Source: an uncultured Thermoleophilia bacterium (GTDB taxonomy: Bacteria > Actinomycetota > Thermoleophilia > UBA2241). From it: 64,000 nucleotides of DNA. This document shows, in pieces, positions 11,360 to 21,831 of this stretch. The stretch lies in NCBI GenBank assembly GCA_963702475.1, contig CAVPCT010000002.1, positions 320,001-384,000 of the forward strand, given 5' to 3'. The notes under the pieces are model-generated. The model was given only the letters and a program-made list of their open reading frames with translations. It searched no databases and had not been told where the DNA came from. The translations under genes and the position numbers were made by a program. Positions within the stretch are counted from its first letter, which is position 1. The number at the start of each line of letters is the position of its first letter.

Positions 11360-11923
11360 ATCGGACTGCTCGTCGGCCGGCGTGTCGTCCTGCTCGGCGA
11401 GGGCCGCGTGCATCTTCTCGATGCGGTCGCGCGGCCCCATCCAGCGCCTCGGCTTGTCGGGGTCGGCCTCGGTCCAGGCGCGGGTGGCCCTCGTCGGCAC
11501 CACCTCTCGGGCGGCGTCGCGGTCGACCATCGCCAGGACGCGCTCGGCACTGCCGGCAAGCAGGACCCGACGTGCGTAGCCGTTCGAGACGATGCGTCCG
11601 GTCATGGCCGCTGCCTGGTCCGCCCACGCCTGTGCGTACCGCAGCATGGCCTCGGCGAGTTCGGCACGCGCCTCTTCCAGCGTGGCGCCGGCGGCGTGGA
11701 GCCCGATCTCGGGGAGCCAGAGCTCGGTGTCGCCCTCATCGGTGACGGTCGCCGTCGGCCGGAACGGATAGGAGCCGCCGAGCAGGTCGTTGAGCTCGCT
11801 CACTTCCGCGAGGACCGCCTCTGTGCGACCCTGACGGCCGATCAGCTGCCAATCGCCGCGCATGGTGCCGTCGAACACCGTCTGGAAGTGCCTCCCGGCT
11901 TCGCCGGTCTCCCACGTCTCCAC
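11357..11923 (-). CDS. Putative antitoxin (Phd-like N-terminus plus HicB-like domain), no adjacent toxin
   Basis: GAGGTG RBS before GTG; EAGRHFQTVFD N-terminus; LWLPEIGLHAAGATLEEARAELAEAMLRYAQAW. Confidence 0.6.
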   Translation of the reverse strand: METWETGEAGRHFQTVFDGTMRGDWQLIGRQGRTEAVLAEVSELNDLLGGSYPFRPTATVTDEGDTELWLPEIGLHAAGATLEEARAELAEAMLRYAQAWADQAAAMTGRIVSNGYARRVLLAGSAERVLAMVDRDAAREVVPTRATRAWTEADPDKPRRWMGPRDRIEKMHAALAEQDDTPADEQSD

Positions 11924-12176
11924 TTGCTCACCTCGTGTGGCTGGGGTCGCCGGGCTCGCGTGCCCGGCGCGGGTGTGCGAGGCAGTCTACACCGGACCTG
12001 AGGGCGACGGCCCGGGCCGGCGTGACCGGCGCCCGGGCCCGCGGCCGGCAGGCCCGGGCGGCCTCGGCAGCCACGGGCTCATCCCGGTATACTGGCGCGT
12101 GGCCGCGAGCCGCCTGCGGCGCGCGGCCCAGACTGGCGGGCGCGTGGCGCCCGCGTCACCAGACCGCCGAGGCCCC

Positions 12177-14870
12177 ATGAGCGACCACCGAGACAACGTC
12201 ACGCCCCCGGCCGGCGGGGCCGCCGCCCTCCCGCCGCGCGGGGCCGAGTACCTGCGGGAGACCACCCGCTTCGAGCCGGCCGCCGTCGAAGGGCGCTGGA
12301 TGGACGAGTGGCTCGGCGAGCACCTCTTCCACGCCGAGCCCGATCCGGAGCGGCAGCCGTACTCGATCGTCATCCCCCCGCCCAACGTCACCGGCAACCT
12401 GCACATGGGGCACGCCCTCAACGGCACGATCCAGGACGTCCTCACGCGGTACCACCGCATGCTCGGCGAGAACGCCTGCTGGCTGCTGGGCACCGACCAC
12501 GCCGGCATCGCCACCCAGAACGTGGTCGAGAAGCTCCTGCGCACGGAGGGCCTCACCAAGGAGGACCTGGGTCGCGAGGAGTTCGCCAGGCGGGTGTGGG
12601 CGTGGCGCAAGGAGTACGGCGGCAACATCGTCCGCCAGCTCAAGAGCCTCGGCTGCTCGTGCGACTACGAGCGCGAGCGCTTCACCTTCGACGAGGGCTA
12701 CGTGCGCGCCGTCACCCGCGTGTTCGTAGCGCTCTACGAGAAGGGCTACATCTACAAGGACCACTACCTCGTGAACTGGTGCCCGCGCTGCGGTACGGCC
12801 ATCAGCGACCTGGAGGTGGCCTACAAGGATATGCCCGGCACGCTCAACCACATCCGCTACCCGGTGGACGGGGGCGGGTCGGTCACCATCGCCACGACCC
12901 GCCCGGAGACCATGCTCGGCGACACCGCCGTGGCGGTCCATCCCGACGACGAGCGCTACAAGGACCTGGTCGGCAAGACGGCGAGACTGCCGCTGCTGGA
13001 CCGCGAGCTGAAGATCGTGGCCGACGAGCGCGTCGACCCCGCGTTCGGCACCGGCGCCCTCAAGATCACGCCGGCGCACGACCTCACCGACTTCGACATC
13101 GGCCGCACCCACGGGCTGGAGACCGTCCAGGCTATCGGCCAGGACGGCCGCATCACCGAGGCCGGCGGCCCATACGCCGGGCTCGAGGTCGAGGAGGCCG
13201 CCGAGCGCGTGGTCGCCGACCTGCGCGCGCTCGGCGCTCTCGAGAAGGTCGAGGACTACCCGCACAGCGTCGCCACCTGCGACCGCTGCGGCACGCCCAT
13301 CGAGCCGCTCATCAGCGAGCAGTGGTTCATGCGCATGGACGAGCTCAAGGAGCCGGCCACCGACGTCGTGCGCGACGGCAGGGTCGTCTTCACGCCCGAG
13401 CGCTGGGGCCGCGTCTACATCGACTGGATGGAGAACCTGCGTCCGTGGTGCATCAGCCGCCAGCTGTGGTGGGGACACCAGCTTCCCGTGTGGTACTGCG
13501 AGAACGAGGCCTGCCGCGAGACGATCGTCGCGGAGGTCGAGCCCGCCGCCTGCCCGCACTGCGGCGGCACGGGCCTGCGCCGCGAGACCGACGTGCTCGA
13601 TACGTGGTTCAGCTCGGCGCTGTGGCCGTTCGCCACGTGGGGCTGGCCGGACGAGACAGCCGACCTGGCCTACTTCTACCCGACCAACCTGCTGAGCACG
13701 GCGCGCGAGATCATCTTCCTGTGGGTCGCGCGCATGGTGATGATGGGTCTGGAGTTCATGCACGACATCCCGTTCAGCGATGTCTACATCCACTCCGTCA
13801 TCCAGGCGCCCGACGGACGACGCATGAGCAAGAGCCTGGGTACCGGCATCGACCCGCTGGAGATGATCGACAAGTACGGCGCCGACGCCACGCGCTTCGC
13901 TCTCCTCCTCATGAGCAGCACGCAGGACGTGCGCTTCAGCGAGGAGAAGATCGTCATGGGCCGCAGCTTCGCCAACAAGCTGTGGAACGCGTCGCGGCTC
14001 GTGCTTCTGGCGAGCGAGGGGTACCAGGCGGCGCGCAGCGACGCCTCGCAGGTGGACCGCTGGATCACGAGTCGCTTCCAGCGGTGCCTGTACGAGGTCG
14101 AGCGCGCGGTGACGCGGTACGACTTCGCCGACGCCGTCGACACGCTGTACCACTTCGTGTGGGACGAGCTCTGCGACTGGTACCTGGAGCTCGTCAAGGT
14201 GCGCCTGTACGGCGAGGACGAGCGGCAGAAGGCGCAGGCCGCCGGGCACGCGCGCTGGATCCTCAGCCAGGTGGTGCGCCTGCTGCACCCGTTCTTGCCC
14301 TTCGTGACCGAGGAGGTCGCGGCGCAGTACGGCGAGGCGCCCCTGCTGAACCAGGACCACCCGCTGCACGACGAGGCCCTGCTCTCCCCGGCAGACGAGG
14401 CGGCCGTCGGCGAGCTGCAGGCCGTGGTCGACGCCCTCCGGCGGTTCCGGGCCGACGCCCAGGTACCTCCCGGCAAGGTTCTTGCGGCCGTGTTCGTCGA
14501 AGAGGCGGGGCACGGCGTGCCCGGTGCAGCCGAGAGGTACGCGCCGTACGCCGGCGCCTTCCGCGCCCTCGCCAGGACCGAGGTCGGCTTCGAGGGCGAC
14601 CCCGAGGCCGGTGCCACGGTCGTGCTGGTGCCCGGCGGCCGGCTCGAAGTGGCTGTCGCCGTGGACAGGGCAGAGGAGATCACCCGCCTGGAGCAGCAGC
14701 TCGCCAAGGTCGAGGCCGAGGTCAGGCGCGGCGAGGCGAAGCTGGCCAATGAGGGCTTCACGGGGCGTGCGCCGGAGGCGGTCGTGCTGAAGGAGCGCGA
14801 GAAGCTCGCGGGGTATGTCGCGGACCGTGACGAGCTCGCGGCCCGGCTCACCGCGTTGCGGGATGGCTGA
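12177..14870 (+). CDS. valS: Valine--tRNA ligase
   Basis: PPPNVTGNLHMGH, RMSKS, WCISRQLWWGH, C-terminal coiled coil. Confidence 0.98.
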   Translation: MSDHRDNVTPPAGGAAALPPRGAEYLRETTRFEPAAVEGRWMDEWLGEHLFHAEPDPERQPYSIVIPPPNVTGNLHMGHALNGTIQDVLTRYHRMLGENACWLLGTDHAGIATQNVVEKLLRTEGLTKEDLGREEFARRVWAWRKEYGGNIVRQLKSLGCSCDYERERFTFDEGYVRAVTRVFVALYEKGYIYKDHYLVNWCPRCGTAISDLEVAYKDMPGTLNHIRYPVDGGGSVTIATTRPETMLGDTAVAVHPDDERYKDLVGKTARLPLLDRELKIVADERVDPAFGTGALKITPAHDLTDFDIGRTHGLETVQAIGQDGRITEAGGPYAGLEVEEAAERVVADLRALGALEKVEDYPHSVATCDRCGTPIEPLISEQWFMRMDELKEPATDVVRDGRVVFTPERWGRVYIDWMENLRPWCISRQLWWGHQLPVWYCENEACRETIVAEVEPAACPHCGGTGLRRETDVLDTWFSSALWPFATWGWPDETADLAYFYPTNLLSTAREIIFLWVARMVMMGLEFMHDIPFSDVYIHSVIQAPDGRRMSKSLGTGIDPLEMIDKYGADATRFALLLMSSTQDVRFSEEKIVMGRSFANKLWNASRLVLLASEGYQAARSDASQVDRWITSRFQRCLYEVERAVTRYDFADAVDTLYHFVWDELCDWYLELVKVRLYGEDERQKAQAAGHARWILSQVVRLLHPFLPFVTEEVAAQYGEAPLLNQDHPLHDEALLSPADEAAVGELQAVVDALRRFRADAQVPPGKVLAAVFVEEAGHGVPGAAERYAPYAGAFRALARTEVGFEGDPEAGATVVLVPGGRLEVAVAVDRAEEITRLEQQLAKVEAEVRRGEAKLANEGFTGRAPEAVVLKEREKLAGYVADRDELAARLTALRDG

Positions 14871-16227
14871 CGCGGACCGGGTGCTCCAGCCCTCCGTCAC
14901 GGCCGGCTCGGGCGGTGCCGACTGGTCCGCCTACCTCGAGTCCCTGGCCGTGTTCGGCATGCGGCCGGGGCTCGAGCGCGTCGCTGAGCTGCTCGAGCGC
15001 CTCGGCCGTCCACAGGACGCCTACCGCGTCGTCCACATCGTGGGGACGAACGGCAAGTCATCGACGACGCGGTACTGCGAAGCGCTGCTTCGCGCCCACG
15101 GGCTGCGCTCGGGCGCGTACCTCTCGCCTCATATCTCCGGCTGGGCGGAGCGTGTCGTGATCGGCGGTCGTCCGGTGGACGCCGACCTCTTCGGCGGGTG
15201 CGTGGAGCGGGTGCGCGGACTGGTCCCCGGCCTGCCCGGGGACCTCGGCGAGACCACCCAGTTCGAGGTCCTCACCGTCGCCGCGCTGCTCGCCTTCGCG
15301 GAGAGTGGGGTGGAGGCGGTCGCTCTCGAGGCCGGTCTGGGCGGACGCCTCGACGCCACGAACGTCATCGCGGCGCCGGTCGTGGTGCTCACCAACATCG
15401 CCCTCGAGCACACCGAGGTGCTCGGCGGCACGCGCCAGCTGATCTTCGCCGAGAAGGCCGCCGTCATCAAAGGCGGGGACGCCGTCTTCGGGCCGCTCGA
15501 CGGTCTCGAGGGGGAGGCGCGCCGGGTGTGCTCGGCCGCCGGCGCGAGGCCGCACTTCCTGCGGCCGTCGGCGTCCGCGCTCGCGCCCGGCGACCTGGCC
15601 GTCGACGGCTCGCCGAACGACTTCGTCGTCACCCTGCGGGGTGGCGGTCAGGTGGAGGAGTATGCCGGCCTCAGAGTGCCGACGCCGGCGGTGTATCAAC
15701 TCGAGAACGCGGCGCTCGCCACAGCGGCCGTCCGCCTGCTGCTCGGCCGCCTTGACGCGCGGTCCACGCGCGACGCGCTGGCCGGCACGCCGGTGCCCGG
15801 CCGCCTCCAGAAGGTCGCCGAGCGACCCCTCGTGCTCGCAGACGGCGCTCACAACCCCGAAGGCGTACGTGTGCTGGCGCAGAGCCTGGCGGCGGTGCAG
15901 GTGCCGCGGCCATGCATCGGCGTGCTCGCGATCATGCGTGACAAGGACTACGGCGCCATGCTGCGGCGGTTCCTGCCGCTGCTCGACGAGGTCGTCTGTA
16001 CGCGTGCGCGTGAGCCGCGCAGCCTCACGGCCGAGGAGCTGGCCGCCGCGCTGCGCGCGGCGGCACGGGACGTCGGCCGTGACGAGCCACCCGTGCACGT
16101 GGTCTCCGACCCTCACGCGGCGCTGGCCCGCGCGAAGGAACGTGCGGGCGCGGACGGCGCCGTGCTCATCGGCGGCTCGCTCTACCTGCTCGAGGACCTC
16201 GGCGACGTCGTGACCCAGGCGTCCTGA
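14863..16227 (+). CDS. folC: Folylpolyglutamate/dihydrofolate synthase
   Basis: GTNGKSS, EAGLGGRLDATN, DGAHNP, GSLYL; follows valS. Confidence 0.95.
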   Translation: MADADRVLQPSVTAGSGGADWSAYLESLAVFGMRPGLERVAELLERLGRPQDAYRVVHIVGTNGKSSTTRYCEALLRAHGLRSGAYLSPHISGWAERVVIGGRPVDADLFGGCVERVRGLVPGLPGDLGETTQFEVLTVAALLAFAESGVEAVALEAGLGGRLDATNVIAAPVVVLTNIALEHTEVLGGTRQLIFAEKAAVIKGGDAVFGPLDGLEGEARRVCSAAGARPHFLRPSASALAPGDLAVDGSPNDFVVTLRGGGQVEEYAGLRVPTPAVYQLENAALATAAVRLLLGRLDARSTRDALAGTPVPGRLQKVAERPLVLADGAHNPEGVRVLAQSLAAVQVPRPCIGVLAIMRDKDYGAMLRRFLPLLDEVVCTRAREPRSLTAEELAAALRAAARDVGRDEPPVHVVSDPHAALARAKERAGADGAVLIGGSLYLLEDLGDVVTQAS

Positions 16228-16282
16228 GCCGGCTCCCCGCGGGGCCGGTCGGATATACTCACCCAAACTCGTGGAGGGTGGC

Positions 16283-16429
16283 ATGGCACAGAAGAAGGCG
16301 CACCCGGCGGTGCGGTTCCTGGTGGCGTTCCTCATCGTCATCGCCGTGGCGTTCGTCGCCTTTTTCGTCGGCTATCTGCTGGGTATGCGCCTCGCCGTCG
16401 TGCCCGTCTCGGTCCTGACCCTGCTGTAG
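16283..16429 (+). CDS. Small (48 aa) membrane protein, missed by the ORF track
   Basis: TATACT -10 at 16254, GGAGG RBS, MAQKKAHPAVRFLVAFLIVIAVAFVAFFVGYLLGMRLAVVPVSVLTLL. Confidence 0.7.
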   Translation: MAQKKAHPAVRFLVAFLIVIAVAFVAFFVGYLLGMRLAVVPVSVLTLL

Positions 16430-16473
16430 GCGGCGCGAGCGCCTGCTGCGCCGGCCTGAGAGCGGAGGTCTCC

Positions 16474-17991
16474 GTGGCCATCGACACACACCGTAGAGCA
16501 CCAGACCCCGAGCGGGGTCACACCGTACTCGTGACCGGCGCGACCGGCTACGTCGGGGGCCGTCTCGTCCCACGGCTGCTCGCCGCGGGTCACCGGGTAC
16601 GCTGTCTCGTGCGCGATCCCTCCCGGCTTCAGGGCCGCGACTGGCTCCCGCACGTCGAGGTCGTGACCGGCGACGTGCTGGCCCCCGAGGGACTCCAGCC
16701 CGCGTTGCTGGGTGTGGACGCGGCGTACTACCTCGTGCACAGCCTCGCTTCGGGGAGTGGCTTCCACGAGAGGGACGTGGCGGCGGCGCGCTCCTTCGCG
16801 GCGGCTGCCGCCCAGGCCGGCATCTCACGCATCGTGTATCTGGGCGGCCTCGGCGACCCGCAGACGGACCTCTCCGAACACCTGCGTTCGCGCCAGGCCA
16901 CGGGTGACGCCCTGCGTGAGGGCGGCGTCCCGGTCACCGAGCTCCGCGCCGCCGTCGTCGTGGGTTCGGGAAGCATCTCGTTCGAGATGATCCGCTACCT
17001 CACGGAGCGGTTGCCGGTGATGGTCTGTCCGCAGTGGGTGTACACGCGGGTGCAGCCGATCGGCGTGGACGACCTGTTGCGCTACCTGGTCGCTGCCCTC
17101 GACAACCCGGCCAGCGCCGGTCGCGTCGTGGAGATCGGCGGCGCCGACGTGCGCACCTACGGGGACATGATGCTGGGCTACGCCCAGGTGCGCGGCCTGC
17201 GCCGCCGCCTGCAGCCGGTACCGGTGCTCACACCGGTGCTCTCCTCGTACTGGGTGCACCTGGTGACGCCGATCCCCTCGGCGATCGCCAGGCCTCTCAT
17301 CGAGGGGTTGCGCAGCGAGGTGGTCGTGCGTGACGGTACAGCCCGCGAGCTGTTCCCGGACATCGTCCCCGTCGACTACCTCACGGCGGTGCGCGCCGCG
17401 GTCGCCACGCTCGAGGGCGGTGAGGTGGAGACGTCCTGGGCCGACGCGCTGGTGACGAGCTGCGAAGGGCCGGCCCCGCGCGTGTTCCGTCAGGAGGCCG
17501 GCATGCTCATCGAGCGCCGCGCGGCGCACGTGGACGCGGCGCCGGACGAGGTGTTCGCGGTCGTGCTCGGCATCGGTGGCGAGCGCGGCTACGGCTACGG
17601 GGACTGGCTCTGGCAAGTGCGTGGCGCGATGGACCGCCTGGCGGGGGGTGTCGGCCTGCGTCGCGGGCGCCGCGACCCCGACGACCTGCGCACGGGGGAC
17701 GCCCTCGATTTTTGGCGCGTCGAGGCCGTGGAGAGGCCTCGCCTCCTGCGACTGCGGGCCGAGATGAAGGTCCCGGGCAGGGCGTGGCTGCAGTTCGAGA
17801 CCCTGCCCGAGGGCGGGGGCACGCGTCTGGTGCAGACGGCCTACTTCGCCCCCAAGGGGCTGCCGGGCCTCCTGTACTGGTACGGGCTCGCGCCTGTCCA
17901 CGCGCGGATATTCTCGGGTATGATTGCCCGGCTGGCCGCCGCGGCCAGCCGGCCGGTAGCCCGCCGTGGCGGCGCTTCGTGCGTTCCCTGA
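16474..17991 (+). CDS. Atypical SDR/NAD(P)-binding protein with C-terminal DUF2867 (YbjT-like)
   Basis: VTGATGYVGG, AYYLVHS, GDALDFWRVE, LRAEMKVPG. Confidence 0.88.
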   Translation: MAIDTHRRAPDPERGHTVLVTGATGYVGGRLVPRLLAAGHRVRCLVRDPSRLQGRDWLPHVEVVTGDVLAPEGLQPALLGVDAAYYLVHSLASGSGFHERDVAAARSFAAAAAQAGISRIVYLGGLGDPQTDLSEHLRSRQATGDALREGGVPVTELRAAVVVGSGSISFEMIRYLTERLPVMVCPQWVYTRVQPIGVDDLLRYLVAALDNPASAGRVVEIGGADVRTYGDMMLGYAQVRGLRRRLQPVPVLTPVLSSYWVHLVTPIPSAIARPLIEGLRSEVVVRDGTARELFPDIVPVDYLTAVRAAVATLEGGEVETSWADALVTSCEGPAPRVFRQEAGMLIERRAAHVDAAPDEVFAVVLGIGGERGYGYGDWLWQVRGAMDRLAGGVGLRRGRRDPDDLRTGDALDFWRVEAVERPRLLRLRAEMKVPGRAWLQFETLPEGGGTRLVQTAYFAPKGLPGLLYWYGLAPVHARIFSGMIARLAAAASRPVARRGGASCVP

Positions 17992-18049
17992 CGGCCGTCC
18001 TGGCAGAGGCGCGTGGTGCGCCCCGCCGTTGAGCGCCTGAGGAGGTAGG

Positions 18050-18571
18050 GTGCCTCTCTGGATCATCGCTGCGACCGCGAGCAGCGACAGCAGCAATCCC
18101 TTCCAATCCGTCATGGACTTCTTCCAGTCGCCGACGTGGCACTTCATCACGTTGCTGGCCTACTTCCTCCTCGCGGTGCTCTGGATCGCCTGTGCCTACT
18201 GGGTGTTCAAAGACGCGCGCCGGCGCATCGACGACAAGATCGTCATCACCGTGTGCGTACTCGCCGGCATCGTGTTCGGTCCGCTCGGCCTCATCGTGTA
18301 CGCCATCGTCCGTCCGCCGGAGCTGCTTGCCGACCGTGACGAGCGCGAGCTCGAGATGCAGATGATGACGCAGCGCCTCAGCGAGGAGACGCGCTGCTCG
18401 TTCTGCAAGACGCCGGTGAAGGACGAGTACCTCGTGTGTCCCACCTGCGGCCGCCGGCTGCGCTCCCAGTGCGGCCACTGCGGCAGGCCACTCGAGCCCA
18501 ACTGGCGGGTGTGTCCGTACTGCGAGGCCGACGTGCGCGCCGCGCCGGCCACCATGTACGACCGCCTGTAG
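18050..18571 (+). CDS. Membrane protein with double zinc ribbon
   Basis: Two TM helices, WVFKDARRR, four CxxC pairs; GGAGGT RBS. Confidence 0.85.
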   Translation: MPLWIIAATASSDSSNPFQSVMDFFQSPTWHFITLLAYFLLAVLWIACAYWVFKDARRRIDDKIVITVCVLAGIVFGPLGLIVYAIVRPPELLADRDERELEMQMMTQRLSEETRCSFCKTPVKDEYLVCPTCGRRLRSQCGHCGRPLEPNWRVCPYCEADVRAAPATMYDRL

Positions 18572-18668
18572 CAGGCGTGAGGGCCGTGAGGGCCCCGCTC
18601 GCGCCGATCTGCGACACGACGACTCACCCGCGGCGCCGACGTGCCGCCCTGGACCCGGAGGTCCCCCT

Positions 18669-19082
18669 GTGGAACGTACGTTCGTCATGGTCAAGCCCAA
18701 CGGAGTGGCCCGCGGCCTCGTGGGCGAGATCGTCGCCCGCTTCGAGCGTCGCGGTTTCGTGCTTCGTGGCATGAAGGCGGTACGCATCGATCGCTCCCTC
18801 GCGGAGCGTCACTACGCCGAGCACATCGGCAAGCCGTTCTTCGAGTCGCTGGCGGCGTTCATCACGTCTGGTCCTGTGGTGGCCATGGTCTGGGAGGGCC
18901 GCAACGCCGTCGCCGTGGCGCGCGACATGATGGGCGTCACCGACTCCGCCGAGGCGGCGCCGGGCACCATCCGCGGGGACTTCTCGCTGAGCAAGGAGGA
19001 GAACGTGGTGCACGGCTCCGACAGCGACGACAGCGCGGCCCGCGAGATCGCCCTGTTCTTCGATGAGGCCGAGCTCGTCTGA
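18669..19082 (+). CDS. ndk: Nucleoside diphosphate kinase
   Basis: [25 protein letters not shown]. Confidence 0.97.
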   Translation: MERTFVMVKPNGVARGLVGEIVARFERRGFVLRGMKAVRIDRSLAERHYAEHIGKPFFESLAAFITSGPVVAMVWEGRNAVAVARDMMGVTDSAEAAPGTIRGDFSLSKEENVVHGSDSDDSAAREIALFFDEAELV

Positions 19083-19122
19083 GCGCGACGAGCGGCGCGC
19101 CCCGCGCGCGCCCGGCCGGCCC

Positions 19123-19725
19123 GTGAAGCTCGTCCTCGCCTCGAAGTCGCCGCAGCGCGATGCCCTGCTGCGCCAGCTGCGCGTGCCGTTCCGCGTCGTG
19201 GTCAGTGAGCACGACGAGGACCTGCACGACGGTGAGCCTGTGCGCACCGTCGAGCGCAACGCCCGCGGCAAGGCCGCCGAGGTGCTCGCCCGGGTGCACC
19301 TGCATCCGAGCGAGCTCGTGCTCGGCGTCGACACCGTGGTCGTGATAGACGGCCGCGTGCTCGGCAAGGCGGGGAGCGAGCAGGAGGCGGCGGAGTACCT
19401 GCGCCTGCTCGCCGGCCGCCGCCATGAGGTGTACAGCGGTCTGCACCTCTGCGACCGCGTGCGTGGCGTGAGCGCGCACGCCGTGACCGGCGTGACGTTC
19501 CGATCGCTGGACGAAGACGACATCGCCCGCTACGTCGCCTCCGGCGAGTGGCGCGAACGCGCCGGTGCCTACGCCATCCAGGGCATCGGCTCGGCCCTCG
19601 TGGCCGGCGTGGACGGCGACTACTTCAACGTCGTCGGCCTGCCCGTGGCCGAGCTGGTGACGGCGCTGGCCGTCTTCGGCGCCGCGCCGTTCTCCTGGCT
19701 TCGCGCAGTCGAGCCGGAGGCCTGA
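19123..19725 (+). CDS. maf: Maf family nucleotide pyrophosphatase
   Basis: [28 protein letters not shown]. Confidence 0.93.
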   Translation: MKLVLASKSPQRDALLRQLRVPFRVVVSEHDEDLHDGEPVRTVERNARGKAAEVLARVHLHPSELVLGVDTVVVIDGRVLGKAGSEQEAAEYLRLLAGRRHEVYSGLHLCDRVRGVSAHAVTGVTFRSLDEDDIARYVASGEWRERAGAYAIQGIGSALVAGVDGDYFNVVGLPVAELVTALAVFGAAPFSWLRAVEPEA

Positions 19726-19937
19726 GCCCCGGCTCCCGGGGTCGTGCGCGAGGGGGGACGCCCGCCGTTCCGCCCTCCGCGGCCTCAGGTCGTCCGTCCC
19801 GCGCGCGAGGAGCTTCGCCCCGCGCGCCGAACTACCCTCTGCGCCCCGCTGCGCGGAGCCCCGGGGACACCTCAGGTGGCTCCGTCGGAGGGACGCGTAT
19901 ACAATCGTCGTTCGATACCTCCCCGAAAGGAGCCACC

Positions 19938-20981
19938 ATCAGCTTCCTCGGCTTCGTGACGGGCTTCGGGGCCCGCGACATGGCGGTCGACCTCGGTACC
20001 GCCAACACCCTCGTCTATCTCCGTGGCCGCGGTATCGTGCTCAGCGAGCCGTCCGTGGTCGCCATCGACCACCGTACCGGCGAGGTACACGCCGTCGGTG
20101 CCGAGGCCAAGCGCATGCTCGGCCGCACCCCGGCCACCATCAGCGCCGTCCGGCCGCTCAAAGACGGCGTCATCGCCGACTTCGACGTCACCGAACAGAT
20201 GCTCCGCCACTTCATCCGCAAGGTCATGCAGAACCGCTGGGCGCACCCCCGCGTGGTGATCTGCGTCCCAAGTGGTGTGACTGGTGTCGAGAAGCGCGCC
20301 GTGGAAGAGGCCACGTACTCGGCTGGGGCTCGTTGGGCGACCCTCATCGAGGAACCCATGGCGGCGGCCATCGGCGCCGGTCTTCCGGTGGCCGAGCCTA
20401 CGGGCAGCATGATCGTGGACATCGGGGGCGGTACCAGCGAGGTGGCCGTCATCTCGCTGGGCGGCATCGTCGTCAGCCAGTCGATCCGCGTGGGCGGGGA
20501 TGAGCTGGACGAGGCCGTCATCAGCTACGTCAAGAAGGAGTACAAGCTGCTCATCGGCAGTCAGACGGCGGAGGAGATCAAGCTCGAGATCGGGTCGGCG
20601 CACGCACTGCCGCAGGAGGAGCAGGCCGAGATCCGCGGCCGCGACCTCGTGACGGGCCTGCCCAAGACCATCGTGCTCTCGTCGGAGGAGGTCCGCACGG
20701 CCCTCGAGGAGCCCGTGCAGGCCATCATCGACGCCATCAAGGCGACGCTCGACAAGACGCCGCCCGAGCTGGCCAGCGACATCATGGACCGCGGCATCAT
20801 GCTCGCCGGCGGCGGTTCCCTCCTCCAGGGCCTCGCGGAACGTCTTCGCGAAGAGACCCAGATGCCGGTGCACCTGGCAGAGTCGCCCCTCACCTGCGTG
20901 GCCGTGGGTTCGGGCCGGTACCTCGAGGAGTTCGATGTCCTCGTCAAGAGCAAGCGCAACTCCCGGCCGCGGGGCCGGTAG
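19938..20981 (+). CDS. mreB: Rod shape-determining protein MreB (start ATC 19938 or ATG 19980)
   Basis: [29 protein letters not shown]. Confidence 0.97.
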   Translation: MSFLGFVTGFGARDMAVDLGTANTLVYLRGRGIVLSEPSVVAIDHRTGEVHAVGAEAKRMLGRTPATISAVRPLKDGVIADFDVTEQMLRHFIRKVMQNRWAHPRVVICVPSGVTGVEKRAVEEATYSAGARWATLIEEPMAAAIGAGLPVAEPTGSMIVDIGGGTSEVAVISLGGIVVSQSIRVGGDELDEAVISYVKKEYKLLIGSQTAEEIKLEIGSAHALPQEEQAEIRGRDLVTGLPKTIVLSSEEVRTALEEPVQAIIDAIKATLDKTPPELASDIMDRGIMLAGGGSLLQGLAERLREETQMPVHLAESPLTCVAVGSGRYLEEFDVLVKSKRNSRPRGR

Positions 20982-21000
20982 CCCCGTAGCTCGCTGATCC

Positions 21001-21831
21001 GTGAATCGCCGGCGCGTACTCCGGCGTCGCATCGTGGTGGGGGTCCTGCTACTGCTCTGCGTCGCCATGTTCACGCTGTACTTCCGTGAGTCGGACAGCG
21101 GGGTGGTGCACGGTGCCCAGGGCGTCGTGCTGCGCGTGGTGGCGCCGCTGCAGAACGGCACCGCCCGCGCCACCAAGCCGTTCCGCGACGCCTGGAACTG
21201 GACGGCCGATCTGTTCAGCGCCAAATCGGAGAACGCCAAGCTCAAGAAGGAGCTCGAGCAGCTTCGCGCCGGCGTTGCCAGCGAGCTGGCGACCCAGGAC
21301 GAGAACGCACAGCTGCGCGCCATGGTCGCTCTCGACGGCGCCGGCGTCTTCCCGGCGAGCGCCGAGCTCGTGACGGCGCACGTGGTCGCTCGATCCACCA
21401 CGGCCTGGTACTCCACGGTGACTATCGACGCCGGCAGCGACGACGGCATCGGTCTCTACCAGGCCGTCGTCAACGGCGCCGGGCTGGTGGGCAGGATCTC
21501 CAAGGTCGAGCCCGGGGCCTCGCAGGTGACGCTTATCACGGACCAGCAGAGCTACGTCGATTCCATGGTCGTGCCGGGTGGCGCCCAGGGCATCGTGGCA
21601 GGCAGCGTCACCGGCGACCTTACCATGCAGTACGTCGACCGCAACGAGCGCGTCAAGGTGGGGCAGTACGTGGTCACGTCCGGCCGCGCAGGCTCCGTGT
21701 TCGTGCGCGGCATCCCCATCGGGCGGGTCGAGAGCGTGGGCCTGCAGGAGGTCGAGCTGTACCAGAGCATCTCCGTGCGCCCGTTCGTGGACTTCCGCAA
21801 GCTGGACATCGTCCGGGTGGTGATCCCGTGA
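21001..21831 (+). CDS. mreC: MreC
   Basis: TM, coiled coil, GLVGRI, VVTSG, GIPIG; synteny. Confidence 0.93.
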   Translation: MNRRRVLRRRIVVGVLLLLCVAMFTLYFRESDSGVVHGAQGVVLRVVAPLQNGTARATKPFRDAWNWTADLFSAKSENAKLKKELEQLRAGVASELATQDENAQLRAMVALDGAGVFPASAELVTAHVVARSTTAWYSTVTIDAGSDDGIGLYQAVVNGAGLVGRISKVEPGASQVTLITDQQSYVDSMVVPGGAQGIVAGSVTGDLTMQYVDRNERVKVGQYVVTSGRAGSVFVRGIPIGRVESVGLQEVELYQSISVRPFVDFRKLDIVRVVIP

